A DNA stretch of 44,129 bases from Deltaproteobacteria bacterium (lineage in GTDB: Bacteria > Myxococcota_A > UBA9160 > SMWR01), in contig JAQBGU010000061.1 of the NCBI GenBank assembly GCA_032128375.1, positions 1-44,129 on the forward strand. The letters run 5' to 3'. The number at the start of each line of letters is the position of its first letter. Position 1 is the first letter of the stretch. Below, piece by piece: positions 9,607 to 18,482 of this stretch. A model generated the notes under the pieces. That model was given only the letters and a program-made list of their open reading frames with translations, did no database searches and was not told the origin of the DNA. The position numbers and the translations under genes were made by a program.

Positions 9607-11535
9607 CTACAGCGCCGCGTACATCAATTCCGCGACCCGCCGACTGAACGCGGCTGGGTCGTCGAGCTTGCCGCCCTCGGCCAGCAGCGCTTGCTCGAAC
9701 AGCAGGTCTGCGTAGTCGGCCAGGCGCGGGTCTTTCCCGTCCGCGTCACAGACGGTCTTCAATTTCTCGAGCAGCGGGTGGGTCGGATTGATCTCCAGAA
9801 TCGGCTTGATGTCCGGGACGTTCTGGCCAGACCGCCTCAGCAGTTCACCGATTTGGGGCGACAGGTCGCCCTCGTCGAGCACCAGGCAGGCTGGCGACGA
9901 GGTCAGTCGGTTCGAAAGCCGGACTTCCTTCACCTTGTCCTGGACACCGACGCGCAACGCCGCCAGCAGATCCTTGAAGTTCGCCGTCTCGTCGCCGCGC
10001 TTTTCTTGTTCTTGTTCCCTTTCTTCGCCGCTCGTAAGGTCGAGGTCACCCTTGAGCACGGATTGAAATTTCTTGCCCATGAAATCGGGTGCGCCTTGTT
10101 CGAGCCAGACTTCGTCTACGTGGTCGGTGAACAGCAGCACCTCGATGTTGCGCGCCTGGAAGGCTTCGAGATGTGGCGAGTTGGCGAGTTGCTTGCGTGA
10201 AGTTCCGGTGAGGTAGTAGAGCACCTCCTGCTCTTCGGGCTGACGCGAAATCACCGCCGACAGCGATGTGAGGGCCGTGTCGTCGTGTGTAGACGCGCAC
10301 AACAGAAGCTCGAGGATTCGCTCGCGCTTCTGCGCAAAATCGAGCAGCCCCTCTTTGACTACCGGACCGAATTGGGCCCAGAAGCGGAGGTACTTCTCCT
10401 CGTCGCTCTTTTGCAGGTCGATCAGCGCATCGAGCACCTTCTTGACGAGATGGTTTCGAATCGTCTCGATCTGCGTATTCGCCTGCAACATCTCACGCGA
10501 CACATTGAGCGAAAGATCTTCGGCGTCGACGACACCCTTCACGAAGCGCAGGTACTCGGGCATCAGGTCGCGGCATTCATCCATGATGAACACGCGCCTG
10601 ACATAGAGCTGGATGCCACGGTGGGCCATTTCGCGGTGATAGAGATCGAACGGTGCCACTGACGGCAGGTACAGCAACGCCCGTGCCTCGAAATTGCCCT
10701 CGATGCGGCTGGACAGGTGCAGTAGCGGGTCGTTCCAATCGTGAGAGATGTGCTTGTAGAACTCGCGATACTCGTCGTCTTCCACTTCGTCCGCCGGTCG
10801 GAGCCAGATCGCCTTCATCGTATTCAGCGGCTCCGCCGGGCCGGCCGAGGCTGTGCTGGCTTCGTCGGCACCGCCTACGATCTCCAAGTAGATCGGATAC
10901 GCGACGAAATCGGAGTACTTCTTCACGATCTGTTGTACCAGCCAGCGGTCGGCGTAGTCGGCGATGCCGTCGGGTCCTTCGCAGGACTTCAGTTGCAGCA
11001 TGACGCTAGTCCCGGCTGTTTTGCGCGCGACTCGTTCGACGCTGAAACTGCCGGCGCCTTGCGAGACCCAACGCGTCCCGTCCGGTTCGCCGGCCTTGCG
11101 CGTGATGACAGTGACTTCGTCAGCGGCCATGAAGCTCGCGTAGAAACCGACACCGAATTGTCCGATCAGCTCGCTCGTGATCTCGGCATTGGCTTTCTCG
11201 GGCGTGCTTTTCTTCAGCGCCCTCAGGAACTCGGATGTCCCGGACTTCGCGATCGTCCCGATGTTGGCGATGATTTCGTCTCGGCTCATTCCGATGCCAT
11301 TGTCATCGATCGACAGCACACGGGTGCTCTTGTCGATGTGCAAGTTTATCCGCAGCGGCTCCTCCGGGAGCAGTTCGGCATCGGTCAGCCCCGCAAAACG
11401 CCTCCGGTCCAACGCATCGGACGCGTTGGAGACCAGCTCGCGCAAGAAAACATCCCGATTGGAATACAGAGAGTGGATCATCAGGTCGAGGAGCTGCTCG
11501 GTCTCGGCTTGGAACTCGAATTGCTCGGCGGACAT
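9607..11535 (-). CDS. htpG: Molecular chaperone HtpG (Hsp90)
   Basis: FEFQAE, SLYSNRDVFLRELVSNASDA, DNGIGM, IGQFGVGFY, LSLNVSREMLQ, LEINPTHPL; start ATG 11535. Confidence 0.98.
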   Translation of the reverse strand: MSAEQFEFQAETEQLLDLMIHSLYSNRDVFLRELVSNASDALDRRRFAGLTDAELLPEEPLRINLHIDKSTRVLSIDDNGIGMSRDEIIANIGTIAKSGTSEFLRALKKSTPEKANAEITSELIGQFGVGFYASFMAADEVTVITRKAGEPDGTRWVSQGAGSFSVERVARKTAGTSVMLQLKSCEGPDGIADYADRWLVQQIVKKYSDFVAYPIYLEIVGGADEASTASAGPAEPLNTMKAIWLRPADEVEDDEYREFYKHISHDWNDPLLHLSSRIEGNFEARALLYLPSVAPFDLYHREMAHRGIQLYVRRVFIMDECRDLMPEYLRFVKGVVDAEDLSLNVSREMLQANTQIETIRNHLVKKVLDALIDLQKSDEEKYLRFWAQFGPVVKEGLLDFAQKRERILELLLCASTHDDTALTSLSAVISRQPEEQEVLYYLTGTSRKQLANSPHLEAFQARNIEVLLFTDHVDEVWLEQGAPDFMGKKFQSVLKGDLDLTSGEEREQEQEKRGDETANFKDLLAALRVGVQDKVKEVRLSNRLTSSPACLVLDEGDLSPQIGELLRRSGQNVPDIKPILEINPTHPLLEKLKTVCDADGKDPRLADYADLLFEQALLAEGGKLDDPAAFSRRVAELMYAAL

Positions 11536-11658
11536 TTTGTTCTCCCGGAAATCGCGCCGAGCATACAACCGATGGGGCACCTGAAAAGCCCCCGATGGCT
11601 GCCGGGCGGTTAGTATTTGGGGGCTTCCCCGGTACTGTGGGATAGAGGAGGCGACCGC

Positions 11659-12294
11659 ATGGCAGGAGATATCGAGGCGCGGGAGTTGATCGTTCAGATC
11701 GTCCAGGAGTTGTTCTCCGCCGGACATTTGACGTCGACCGGTGGGAACGTCAGCAACCGCTCTGCGGACGGGGAAACGATCTGGATCACGCCCAGCGGCC
11801 TGTACAAAGGCGGGTTGACGCCGGATTCCCTGGTGCGGATCCGGGCCGACGGAAGCGTCGTCGAGGGTTCCAACAAGCCGTCGATCGAGTACAGAATGCA
11901 TTTTCGCGCCTACGACGCGCGCCCGGGGGCGCTCGGCGCTGTCCACACGCACTCGCCGGTCGCCACTGCATTCGGAATCTGCAACCAGAAATTCGATCCC
12001 ATCAATACCGACGCCGTCGTATTGGCTGACACCCAGACCGTGCCCTGGTTCTTGCCCGGTACGGCGGAGTTGGCGGATGCGGTGTTCGACGCGATGCTGA
12101 AAAGCCGCGGTGCGATCCTGCAGAACCACGGCCTGATGGCGGTCGGAGAAGACCTTCGACGGGCCGCGACCCGCGCCGCGATGATCGAAGAAACCGCGAA
12201 GGTCGCGCTCTACGTCAAACAGTTCGGTGGTGAGGTTTCTCTGCTATCCGACGAAGCCGTCGCCAGGCTCGGCCCGGTAACGGAGTTTCTCTAG
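11659..12294 (+). CDS. Class II aldolase/adducin family protein
   Basis: GGNVS, ITPSG, KPSIEYRMH, VHTHSP, LQNHG; GAGGAGG RBS. Confidence 0.92.
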   Translation: MAGDIEARELIVQIVQELFSAGHLTSTGGNVSNRSADGETIWITPSGLYKGGLTPDSLVRIRADGSVVEGSNKPSIEYRMHFRAYDARPGALGAVHTHSPVATAFGICNQKFDPINTDAVVLADTQTVPWFLPGTAELADAVFDAMLKSRGAILQNHGLMAVGEDLRRAATRAAMIEETAKVALYVKQFGGEVSLLSDEAVARLGPVTEFL

Positions 12295-12347
12295 CAGCGC
12301 GGAATTTCCAGGGCTGCGTGCCACGATCATTCGATCGATGTCGGTCG

Positions 12348-12482
12348 CTACGTTCCGCCCGTGCATTCGGACCCGGGCGAAGCTTCTAGCGCACTTCGCT
12401 CAGCTGGCTGGGCGAAGACGGCCGGCGCGGCGATCGTCAGGCAGAGCAGCACTGTGGCTGAGAATACGGAGAATTGACGCAT
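12348..12482 (-). CDS. 44-aa ORF with a signal peptide (small secreted peptide or truncated gene)
   Basis: AAGGAG RBS then MRQFSVFSATVLLCLTIAAPAVFA-QPAERSALEASPGSECTGGT*; too short for the ORF track. Confidence 0.45.
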   Translation of the reverse strand: MRQFSVFSATVLLCLTIAAPAVFAQPAERSALEASPGSECTGGT

Positions 12483-12577
12483 CGATTGCTCCTTGGGCTC
12501 GCTGGGAAGTTCCTGAGCCAGTGGCCTGAGCCAGTGGAGAGTGTCATATCGCAGAGCAGGGGTTCATGTCGTTTGGA

Positions 12578-13540
12578 CTAGCGGTTGGGTGCCAATCTCC
12601 GCGTCGCTTCACGAAGCTCGAGATCTGACGGCCACACCTGTAGTACCGGCGTGTCGAGCCCGTTGTCGACGTAGCGTTGGATCTGTTCTCGACAGGCCTC
12701 CGGGGAACCGTTGATGATGATCTCGTCGACAAACTCGCCGGGGATCGCCTCGAGCGCACTCTTGCGGTCGCCGGCTTTCCAGCAGTCCCACATCCCTTGG
12801 AGCTGGTCGCCGCGACCGAGCCAGTGATGAAATGCCGCGTAGACCGGGACGTTGAGATACGCCGCGATCGCTCGGCGCCCGATTTTATGGGCCAGCTCCT
12901 TGTTCTCGGTCGGGATCACGAATAGCCGCGCAACCAACTCACGCCCCTCTCCCCCGGCGTGGACGTAAGGAGCCACGGTCTTCATATCTTCCGCCGTCAG
13001 CCAGTTGAGGATTGCGCCGTCGCTCTCCCTCCCAGCCAGGCCCAGCATTTCCTTGCGAAGGGCGGCGATCATGATCTTGGGTTGTTGTGCGGGCAAACGC
13101 CCCAGGCGATAGCCGTCGACCGAAAAGGTCTCGAATTTCTCGGTGATCTTCTCCCCGGCGAGGGCGCGCTTCAGAAAGCGCACCGTATCCCGAACCCGTT
13201 GATAGGGCTTGTCGAATTCCATCCCGTTCCAGTGTTCGACGATCACATTGGACGACGACCCGATGCCAATCACTGCGCGCCCCGGAGCCGCCTCAGCAAG
13301 CGAGGAAACGCAACTGGCGAGGGTCCCTGCTCCGCGGGTGTAGGCGGGGATGATGGCGGTTCCGACTCGGGCCTGCGGGACCCAGGAAGCCGCGAGTATC
13401 AGCGGTGTAAAGCCGTCGTTACCGCCTGATTCCGCGCTCCAGAAGTCGCTATAGCCGAGATCAGCGAGCTCTTTGACCCAATCCTGCTGTTCGAGTAGCG
13501 GCAACCCATCAAACGGGATCGTGATTCCATAACGCTGCAT
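12578..13540 (-). CDS. LLM-class (luciferase-like), probably F420-dependent oxidoreductase
   Basis: ADLGYSDFWSAE, RVGTAIIPAYTRG, GIGSSS, DGAILNWL; GGAG RBS before ATG 13540. Confidence 0.88.
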   Translation of the reverse strand: MQRYGITIPFDGLPLLEQQDWVKELADLGYSDFWSAESGGNDGFTPLILAASWVPQARVGTAIIPAYTRGAGTLASCVSSLAEAAPGRAVIGIGSSSNVIVEHWNGMEFDKPYQRVRDTVRFLKRALAGEKITEKFETFSVDGYRLGRLPAQQPKIMIAALRKEMLGLAGRESDGAILNWLTAEDMKTVAPYVHAGGEGRELVARLFVIPTENKELAHKIGRRAIAAYLNVPVYAAFHHWLGRGDQLQGMWDCWKAGDRKSALEAIPGEFVDEIIINGSPEACREQIQRYVDNGLDTPVLQVWPSDLELREATRRLAPNR

Positions 13541-13619
13541 GCTCTTCTCCTGATGATCGCTCGAGCAACTGATCCTACTCCTCGTGGTAAGCTGAAGCCC
13601 GCCCCATTGGAGAGATCCC

Positions 13620-14855
13620 ATGCCAATCGACGCGCAACACTCGGTACTCGCTGAGTTTCCGTCCGATCTGCCGGTCGCGTCCCCCGAGGACGTTGGCTTG
13701 TCGGCCGAACGGCTCACGCGAATTGGCCCGATGATCGACCGCTATGTCGGGGAGCAGTTGATACCGGGCGCGCTCACACTCGTTGCGCGGCGTGGCCAGG
13801 TCGTCCACTGCGAAGTGCGAGGCCACGCCAATGTCGAGAGCGGGACCCCGCTGCGGGCCGATACCATCTTCCGCATCGCGTCGATGACAAAACCGATCAC
13901 GTCGGTCGCGCTGATGCAGCTCTACGAGCAGGGGCGCTTCGGGTTGAGCGATCCCATCTCGAAGTGGCTGCCGGGCTTCGCGAAGATGGAGGTTGCAAAC
14001 CAGACACCGAACCGAAAATTCGAACTCGCGAACGCGAAGCGCCCGATCAACGTGCGCCATCTGCTCACCCATACTGGAGGCATCGCGGGCGGCTTCGGGC
14101 CTAATGCTCCGGCGCTCGCAGCGGCCAAGCGGGTGCGCAAGCGCGACGAAGTGATCGGCGACTTTGTCGACCGGCTCGCGACCGTGCCGCTCGACAACGA
14201 GCCCGGCCAGGTCTGGAGCTACTCGCGGTCGACCTGCATCGTGGGCCGACTCGTCGAGTTGATTTCCGGCCAGACGCTGGCTGATTACTTCGATGAGCAC
14301 ATCTTCGGTCCGCTGGGCATGCAGGACACCCATTTCTTCCTGCCGAAGGAAAAGCAGGCCCGGTTCTGTGTCGCCTACAAGCCGGGGAGAGGGAACCGTA
14401 TCGAGCCCGCGGAGCCCGACACGCTCGAAAGCTACTGGCTCAGCGAGCCGGGCGTCTACTATATGGGCTCAGGTGGCCTCGCATCGACCGCGGCCGACTA
14501 CTTCCGCTTTGCGGACATGCTCCTCCACGGCGGGCGCAGGCCGGGCGGGCCGCGGCTGCTCAGCCGAAAGACGGTCGAGCTGATGACGATGAACCACATC
14601 GGCGACCGACCCATGCCGCTAGGTGGGCCGGGAAACGGTTTCGGTCTCGGTCTGGGCGTGACGCTGGATCGCGGTCGCGCTCACGTAATGCCTACCGAAG
14701 GTTCGTACACTTGGGGAGGCGGGTTCAATACACATTGGTGGAATGACCCGGCCGAGCGGCTGTTTGGACTCCTCATGACACAGGTTCGTCCCTACGAGCA
14801 TATGAATCTGCGACAGGATTTCCAGACCATCGTCACCGCGGCGATCGACGACTGA
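13620..14855 (+). CDS. Serine hydrolase, beta-lactamase-related (family VIII esterase-like)
   Basis: FRIASMTKPIT (SxxK), RHLLTHTGG, PGQVWSYS, WGG motifs. Confidence 0.92.
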   Translation: MPIDAQHSVLAEFPSDLPVASPEDVGLSAERLTRIGPMIDRYVGEQLIPGALTLVARRGQVVHCEVRGHANVESGTPLRADTIFRIASMTKPITSVALMQLYEQGRFGLSDPISKWLPGFAKMEVANQTPNRKFELANAKRPINVRHLLTHTGGIAGGFGPNAPALAAAKRVRKRDEVIGDFVDRLATVPLDNEPGQVWSYSRSTCIVGRLVELISGQTLADYFDEHIFGPLGMQDTHFFLPKEKQARFCVAYKPGRGNRIEPAEPDTLESYWLSEPGVYYMGSGGLASTAADYFRFADMLLHGGRRPGGPRLLSRKTVELMTMNHIGDRPMPLGGPGNGFGLGLGVTLDRGRAHVMPTEGSYTWGGGFNTHWWNDPAERLFGLLMTQVRPYEHMNLRQDFQTIVTAAIDD

Positions 14856-15169
14856 AGCGCGCCGAAGGTCCCACGACCCACGGCCATCGCCGGTCGATGT
14901 GAGTCGGTTCGCTTCCTCTCGACCGCTGGATTCCGCAGGCCGACATTCGATCCCTCGAATCGCAAGACCTCGGGATGTTCGATCGCCGTGCTAATCTGGC
15001 GATGCGATGCGATCCGAGATGACGAGCACGGCTTGAGCCCGGGAGCGCAACCCGTCTCGATAACGCTCGAGGTTCGCGATGCTCTTCCGACGCAAGAAGG
15101 GCGTCTTCTGTATCAGGTGACCGACCCGACGCGGAAGCAGGAACGAAAACCAACCAAGAGGCATTCCCA

Positions 15170-16462
15170 ATGAGCATGCATGTCTATTCCCAACCGGAGC
15201 TCAAAGAACGCGAAGACCAACTGCGAAAGCAGTATGAAGCCTATCGCGCCTTCGATTTGGATCTGGACCTGACACGCGGGAAGCCCTCCAGTGAACAACT
15301 CGACCTGAGCGTCGGGCTCGACCAGCCCCTCGATGGCAGCTACCGACTCGAAGACGGCACGGACGTGCGCAACTACGGCGGCCTCGCGGGGATTTCGCAG
15401 GCGCGCGAGTTTGGCGGACGCTTGCTCGGCCTGAGGCCCGAGGAAACGCTGGTCGGCGGCAACAGCAGTCTCACGCTCATGTACCAGTACATTGGGCTCG
15501 CTCATCTCCACGGGCTGGCGGGACCGGCGACGAGCTGGCGCGACGAGGCGTTGGCGAGCCGGGGCAAAGTGAAGTTTCTGTGTCCCGTGCCTGGCTACGA
15601 CCGTCACTTCACGATCTGCGAGCACTTTGATATCGAGATGGTCAACGTCTCCCTCGGGCCGGAGGGTCCCGACATGGACGCCGTCGAAGCGCTCGCCGCT
15701 GCAGATCCGCTCGTGAAGGGAATTTGGTGTGTGCCCCGCTATTCGAACCCCACGGGCCACACGTATTCGGACAATGTCGTGCGGCGCTTCGCGGGCCTGG
15801 CGCGAATCGCGGGTGAGGGCTTCCGGATCATCTGGGACGACGCCTATGCGGTCCACCACCTGGCGGACGACCCGCCGCCCCTATTGAATCTGATGGACGA
15901 GTGTCGAGCCCTCGGCACCACGCGAAGCCTGGTCGTGACCGGGTCGACCTCGAAGATCACCTATGCAGGCGCTGGTATTTCCTTCCTGGGCAGCGACGCC
16001 GACAACATCGCGCGCTTCTCACGACACCTATCGGCCTCCACGATCGGACCCGACAAGCTCAGCCAGCTGCGTCACACGCGCTTTCTCGCGACCTCTGAGG
16101 ATCTGAGCGCGCACATGCAAAAACACCGCGCGATCGTAGAGCCCAAGTTTCGGCGCACGCTCGAAATTCTGGCTGAAGAACTCGGGGGGAAAGGCATCGT
16201 TGACTGGACCGAGCCCGCGGGCGGCTACTTCATTTCCTGCGACACACTCCCCGGTCTCGCCGCACAGGTGGTTGCGCTCGCCGGGGACGTCGGGGTCAAA
16301 CTCACGCCCGCCGGCGCAACCTTCCCCTACGGTCGGGACCCTGAGGACCGCAACATTCGCCTGGCACCGACCTTCCCGCCCATGAGCGAACTGGAGCAGG
16401 CGGTGCGGGTACTCGCCTGCTGCATCGAGCTGGCCTCGGTTCAGAAGCTGCGAGCCGCCTGA
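15170..16462 (+). CDS. PLP aminotransferase, Rv3722c-type aspartate aminotransferase family
   Basis: LDLTRGKPS, PVPGYDRHF, VPRYSNPTG, WDDAYAVHH, STSKIT, GATFPYGRDP. Confidence 0.88.
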   Translation: MSMHVYSQPELKEREDQLRKQYEAYRAFDLDLDLTRGKPSSEQLDLSVGLDQPLDGSYRLEDGTDVRNYGGLAGISQAREFGGRLLGLRPEETLVGGNSSLTLMYQYIGLAHLHGLAGPATSWRDEALASRGKVKFLCPVPGYDRHFTICEHFDIEMVNVSLGPEGPDMDAVEALAAADPLVKGIWCVPRYSNPTGHTYSDNVVRRFAGLARIAGEGFRIIWDDAYAVHHLADDPPPLLNLMDECRALGTTRSLVVTGSTSKITYAGAGISFLGSDADNIARFSRHLSASTIGPDKLSQLRHTRFLATSEDLSAHMQKHRAIVEPKFRRTLEILAEELGGKGIVDWTEPAGGYFISCDTLPGLAAQVVALAGDVGVKLTPAGATFPYGRDPEDRNIRLAPTFPPMSELEQAVRVLACCIELASVQKLRAA

Positions 16463-16508
16463 GTGAACTGATAGGAATGAACTGTCGACATCGCTCGGCA
16501 AGGGCGAG

Positions 16509-17492
16509 ATGTCCAAAACCCCAAAATTGCGCGTGTTCGTTGCGCGTCTGATCCCCGCAGCCGGATTAGACAGGATCACCGCAGCGTGTGATGCTGACGT
16601 CTGGCGCGAGCCGCTGCCACCGTCGCGCGAAGTTCTGCTGCAAAGGGTCGCCGGTTGCCACGGCGTATTGTCGCTGCTCACCGAGAAAATTGACGCGCAC
16701 CTGATGGACGCGGCCGGTCCCCAACTCAAGGTGATCAGCAATTTCGCGGTTGGCTTCAACAACATCGATGTCGCCGAAGCAACGCTGCGGGGCATCCGGG
16801 TCGGCAACACGCCGGACGTGCTGACCGAGGCCACGGCCGATATGGCCTTCGCGCTGCTGATCAGCGCATCGCGCCGAATCGTCGAAGGCCAGGATGCCAT
16901 TCGCCGTGGCATGTGGAAGACATGGGAACCGCTCGAACACATCGGCGTGGATCTATTGGGCAAGACGATCGGCATCGTCGGCATGGGGCGGATTGGGATG
17001 GCGCTGGCCCGGCGCTGTCACGGCGGGTGGGGGATGCGAGTTCTCTATCACGACAAGTTCCGCAACGAGACAGCGGAACGGGAGCTTGCCGCCAAGGCGG
17101 TCGATTTCGAGACCCTGCTCGCTGAAGCCGACTTCCTCTCCGTCCACACGGATCTGAACGACTCGACGCGAGCCATGTTCAACAGCGATACGTTTCGCAA
17201 GATGAAGCCGAGCGCTGTCTTCATCAACACGGCGCGTGGCCCAATCCACAATCAAGTGGACCTGTACCGCGCGTTGAAGGATTCGGAGATCTTCGCTGCG
17301 GGCCTGGATGTCAGCGATCCGGAACCGATGGAGCCCGACGACCCGCTGCTGGCCTTGCCAAACTGCGTCGTTGCTCCACATATCGGCAGCGCAACGGTCT
17401 CGAGCCGCAACGGGATGGCAGAAATCGCCGCCGACAACCTGTTGGCCGGCTTGAGAGAAGTGCCGTTGCGGTGCTGGGTGAACCCGATCTGA
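16509..17492 (+). CDS. D-2-hydroxyacid dehydrogenase (glyoxylate/hydroxypyruvate reductase, GyaR-like)
   Basis: AVGFNNID, NTPDVLTEATAD, GIVGMGRIG, INTARG, LDVSDPEP, PHIGSA. Confidence 0.92.
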   Translation: MSKTPKLRVFVARLIPAAGLDRITAACDADVWREPLPPSREVLLQRVAGCHGVLSLLTEKIDAHLMDAAGPQLKVISNFAVGFNNIDVAEATLRGIRVGNTPDVLTEATADMAFALLISASRRIVEGQDAIRRGMWKTWEPLEHIGVDLLGKTIGIVGMGRIGMALARRCHGGWGMRVLYHDKFRNETAERELAAKAVDFETLLAEADFLSVHTDLNDSTRAMFNSDTFRKMKPSAVFINTARGPIHNQVDLYRALKDSEIFAAGLDVSDPEPMEPDDPLLALPNCVVAPHIGSATVSSRNGMAEIAADNLLAGLREVPLRCWVNPI

Positions 17493-17519
17493 TTCAACGA
17501 TCCATACGGAAGCGGACGG

Positions 17520-18482
17520 TCAGACGTGCTGTGCCCGCTGTCGAATCAGAGCGTGCACGATATCGAGGGTGGGTGTGGGGATTTCGACGAGTCGCCCCAT
17601 CTCCTGGACGACACTGACAAGGGCATCGATCTCCAGCGGGCGACCGCGCTCGAGGTCCTGGAGCATCGATGTCTTGTGCGCGCCGACGGCCTGCGCGGCG
17701 GCGATTCGTTTGTCGACGTCGACCGCAAAGCGCACCCCGAGCTTCTCGCCGATCGCCTGAGCCTCGACCATCATGGCGCGCGCGACCGCGCGCGTGCCGG
17801 GCTCGGCTGCGATCTCGTCGAGTGTGGCTAGCGTGAGAGCGCTGATCGGGTTGAAGCAGAGATTTCCCCAAAGCTTGACCCAGATCTCGTTGCGAATCTG
17901 CGACCGCAGAGGTGCCTTGAATCCGGCACCCACCAACGCTTCTGTGAGCCGCCGTGCACGGTCGCTCTTTTCGCCGTCAGGTTCACCGATGCTGAACTTG
18001 TTGTCGCTCTGATGCTCGACCACACCGGGTTCGACGAGTTCGCAGGCGGGATAGACAACGCAGCCGAGCGCTCGCTCGGGGCCGATCACATCCCACTGCC
18101 GGCCGCCCGGATCCACGCTCTCGAGTCGGCGACCCGAAAAGGGACCGTCGAGACGATAGAAGTACCACCAGGGGATTCCGTTGACCGCGGTGACTACACA
18201 GGTATCCGGGCCAAGCAGGGCCGGTAGCTGGTCGACGACCCCCGGAACCGAATGTGCCTTGAGCGTGACGATCACGTAGTCCTGAGGGCCGACCTCGCTG
18301 GGATCGTCGGTGCAGCGCGGTCGCGTGATGCGCTGCTCGCCATCGATGCGCAGGCGCAGGCCGTCGCGCTGCATCGCGGCCAGGTGCGGACCCCGTGCGA
18401 TCAGCGTCACGTCGTGCTGCGCGCTGAGTTGAGCCCCGAGGTAGCCCCCGATCGCGCCGGCGCCAAAGATGCAGATTCGCAA
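17520..18482 (-). CDS. panE: Ketopantoate reductase family (PanE2-like, possible oxalyl-CoA reductase)
   Basis: GAGAIGG, NGIPWWYFY, IWVKLWGN, HKTSMLQDLE; abuts the upstream acyl-CoA ligase with no gap. Confidence 0.85.
   Translation of the reverse strand: MRICIFGAGAIGGYLGAQLSAQHDVTLIARGPHLAAMQRDGLRLRIDGEQRITRPRCTDDPSEVGPQDYVIVTLKAHSVPGVVDQLPALLGPDTCVVTAVNGIPWWYFYRLDGPFSGRRLESVDPGGRQWDVIGPERALGCVVYPACELVEPGVVEHQSDNKFSIGEPDGEKSDRARRLTEALVGAGFKAPLRSQIRNEIWVKLWGNLCFNPISALTLATLDEIAAEPGTRAVARAMMVEAQAIGEKLGVRFAVDVDKRIAAAQAVGAHKTSMLQDLERGRPLEIDALVSVVQEMGRLVEIPTPTLDIVHALIRQRAQHV

Noticed and set aside
11540..11640. Sigma-32 promoter or CIRCE upstream of htpG
   Set aside because: CCCCAT is present, but there is no properly spaced CTTGAA and no CIRCE inverted repeat.
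11536..12129. N-terminal extension of the 840-aa HtpG ORF
   Set aside because: It overlaps the aldolase gene on the other strand; HtpG homology starts at MSAEQFEFQAE.
13620..14855. Antibiotic-resistance beta-lactamase
   Set aside because: No signal peptide, and a WGG motif instead of KTG indicates a family VIII esterase-like hydrolase.
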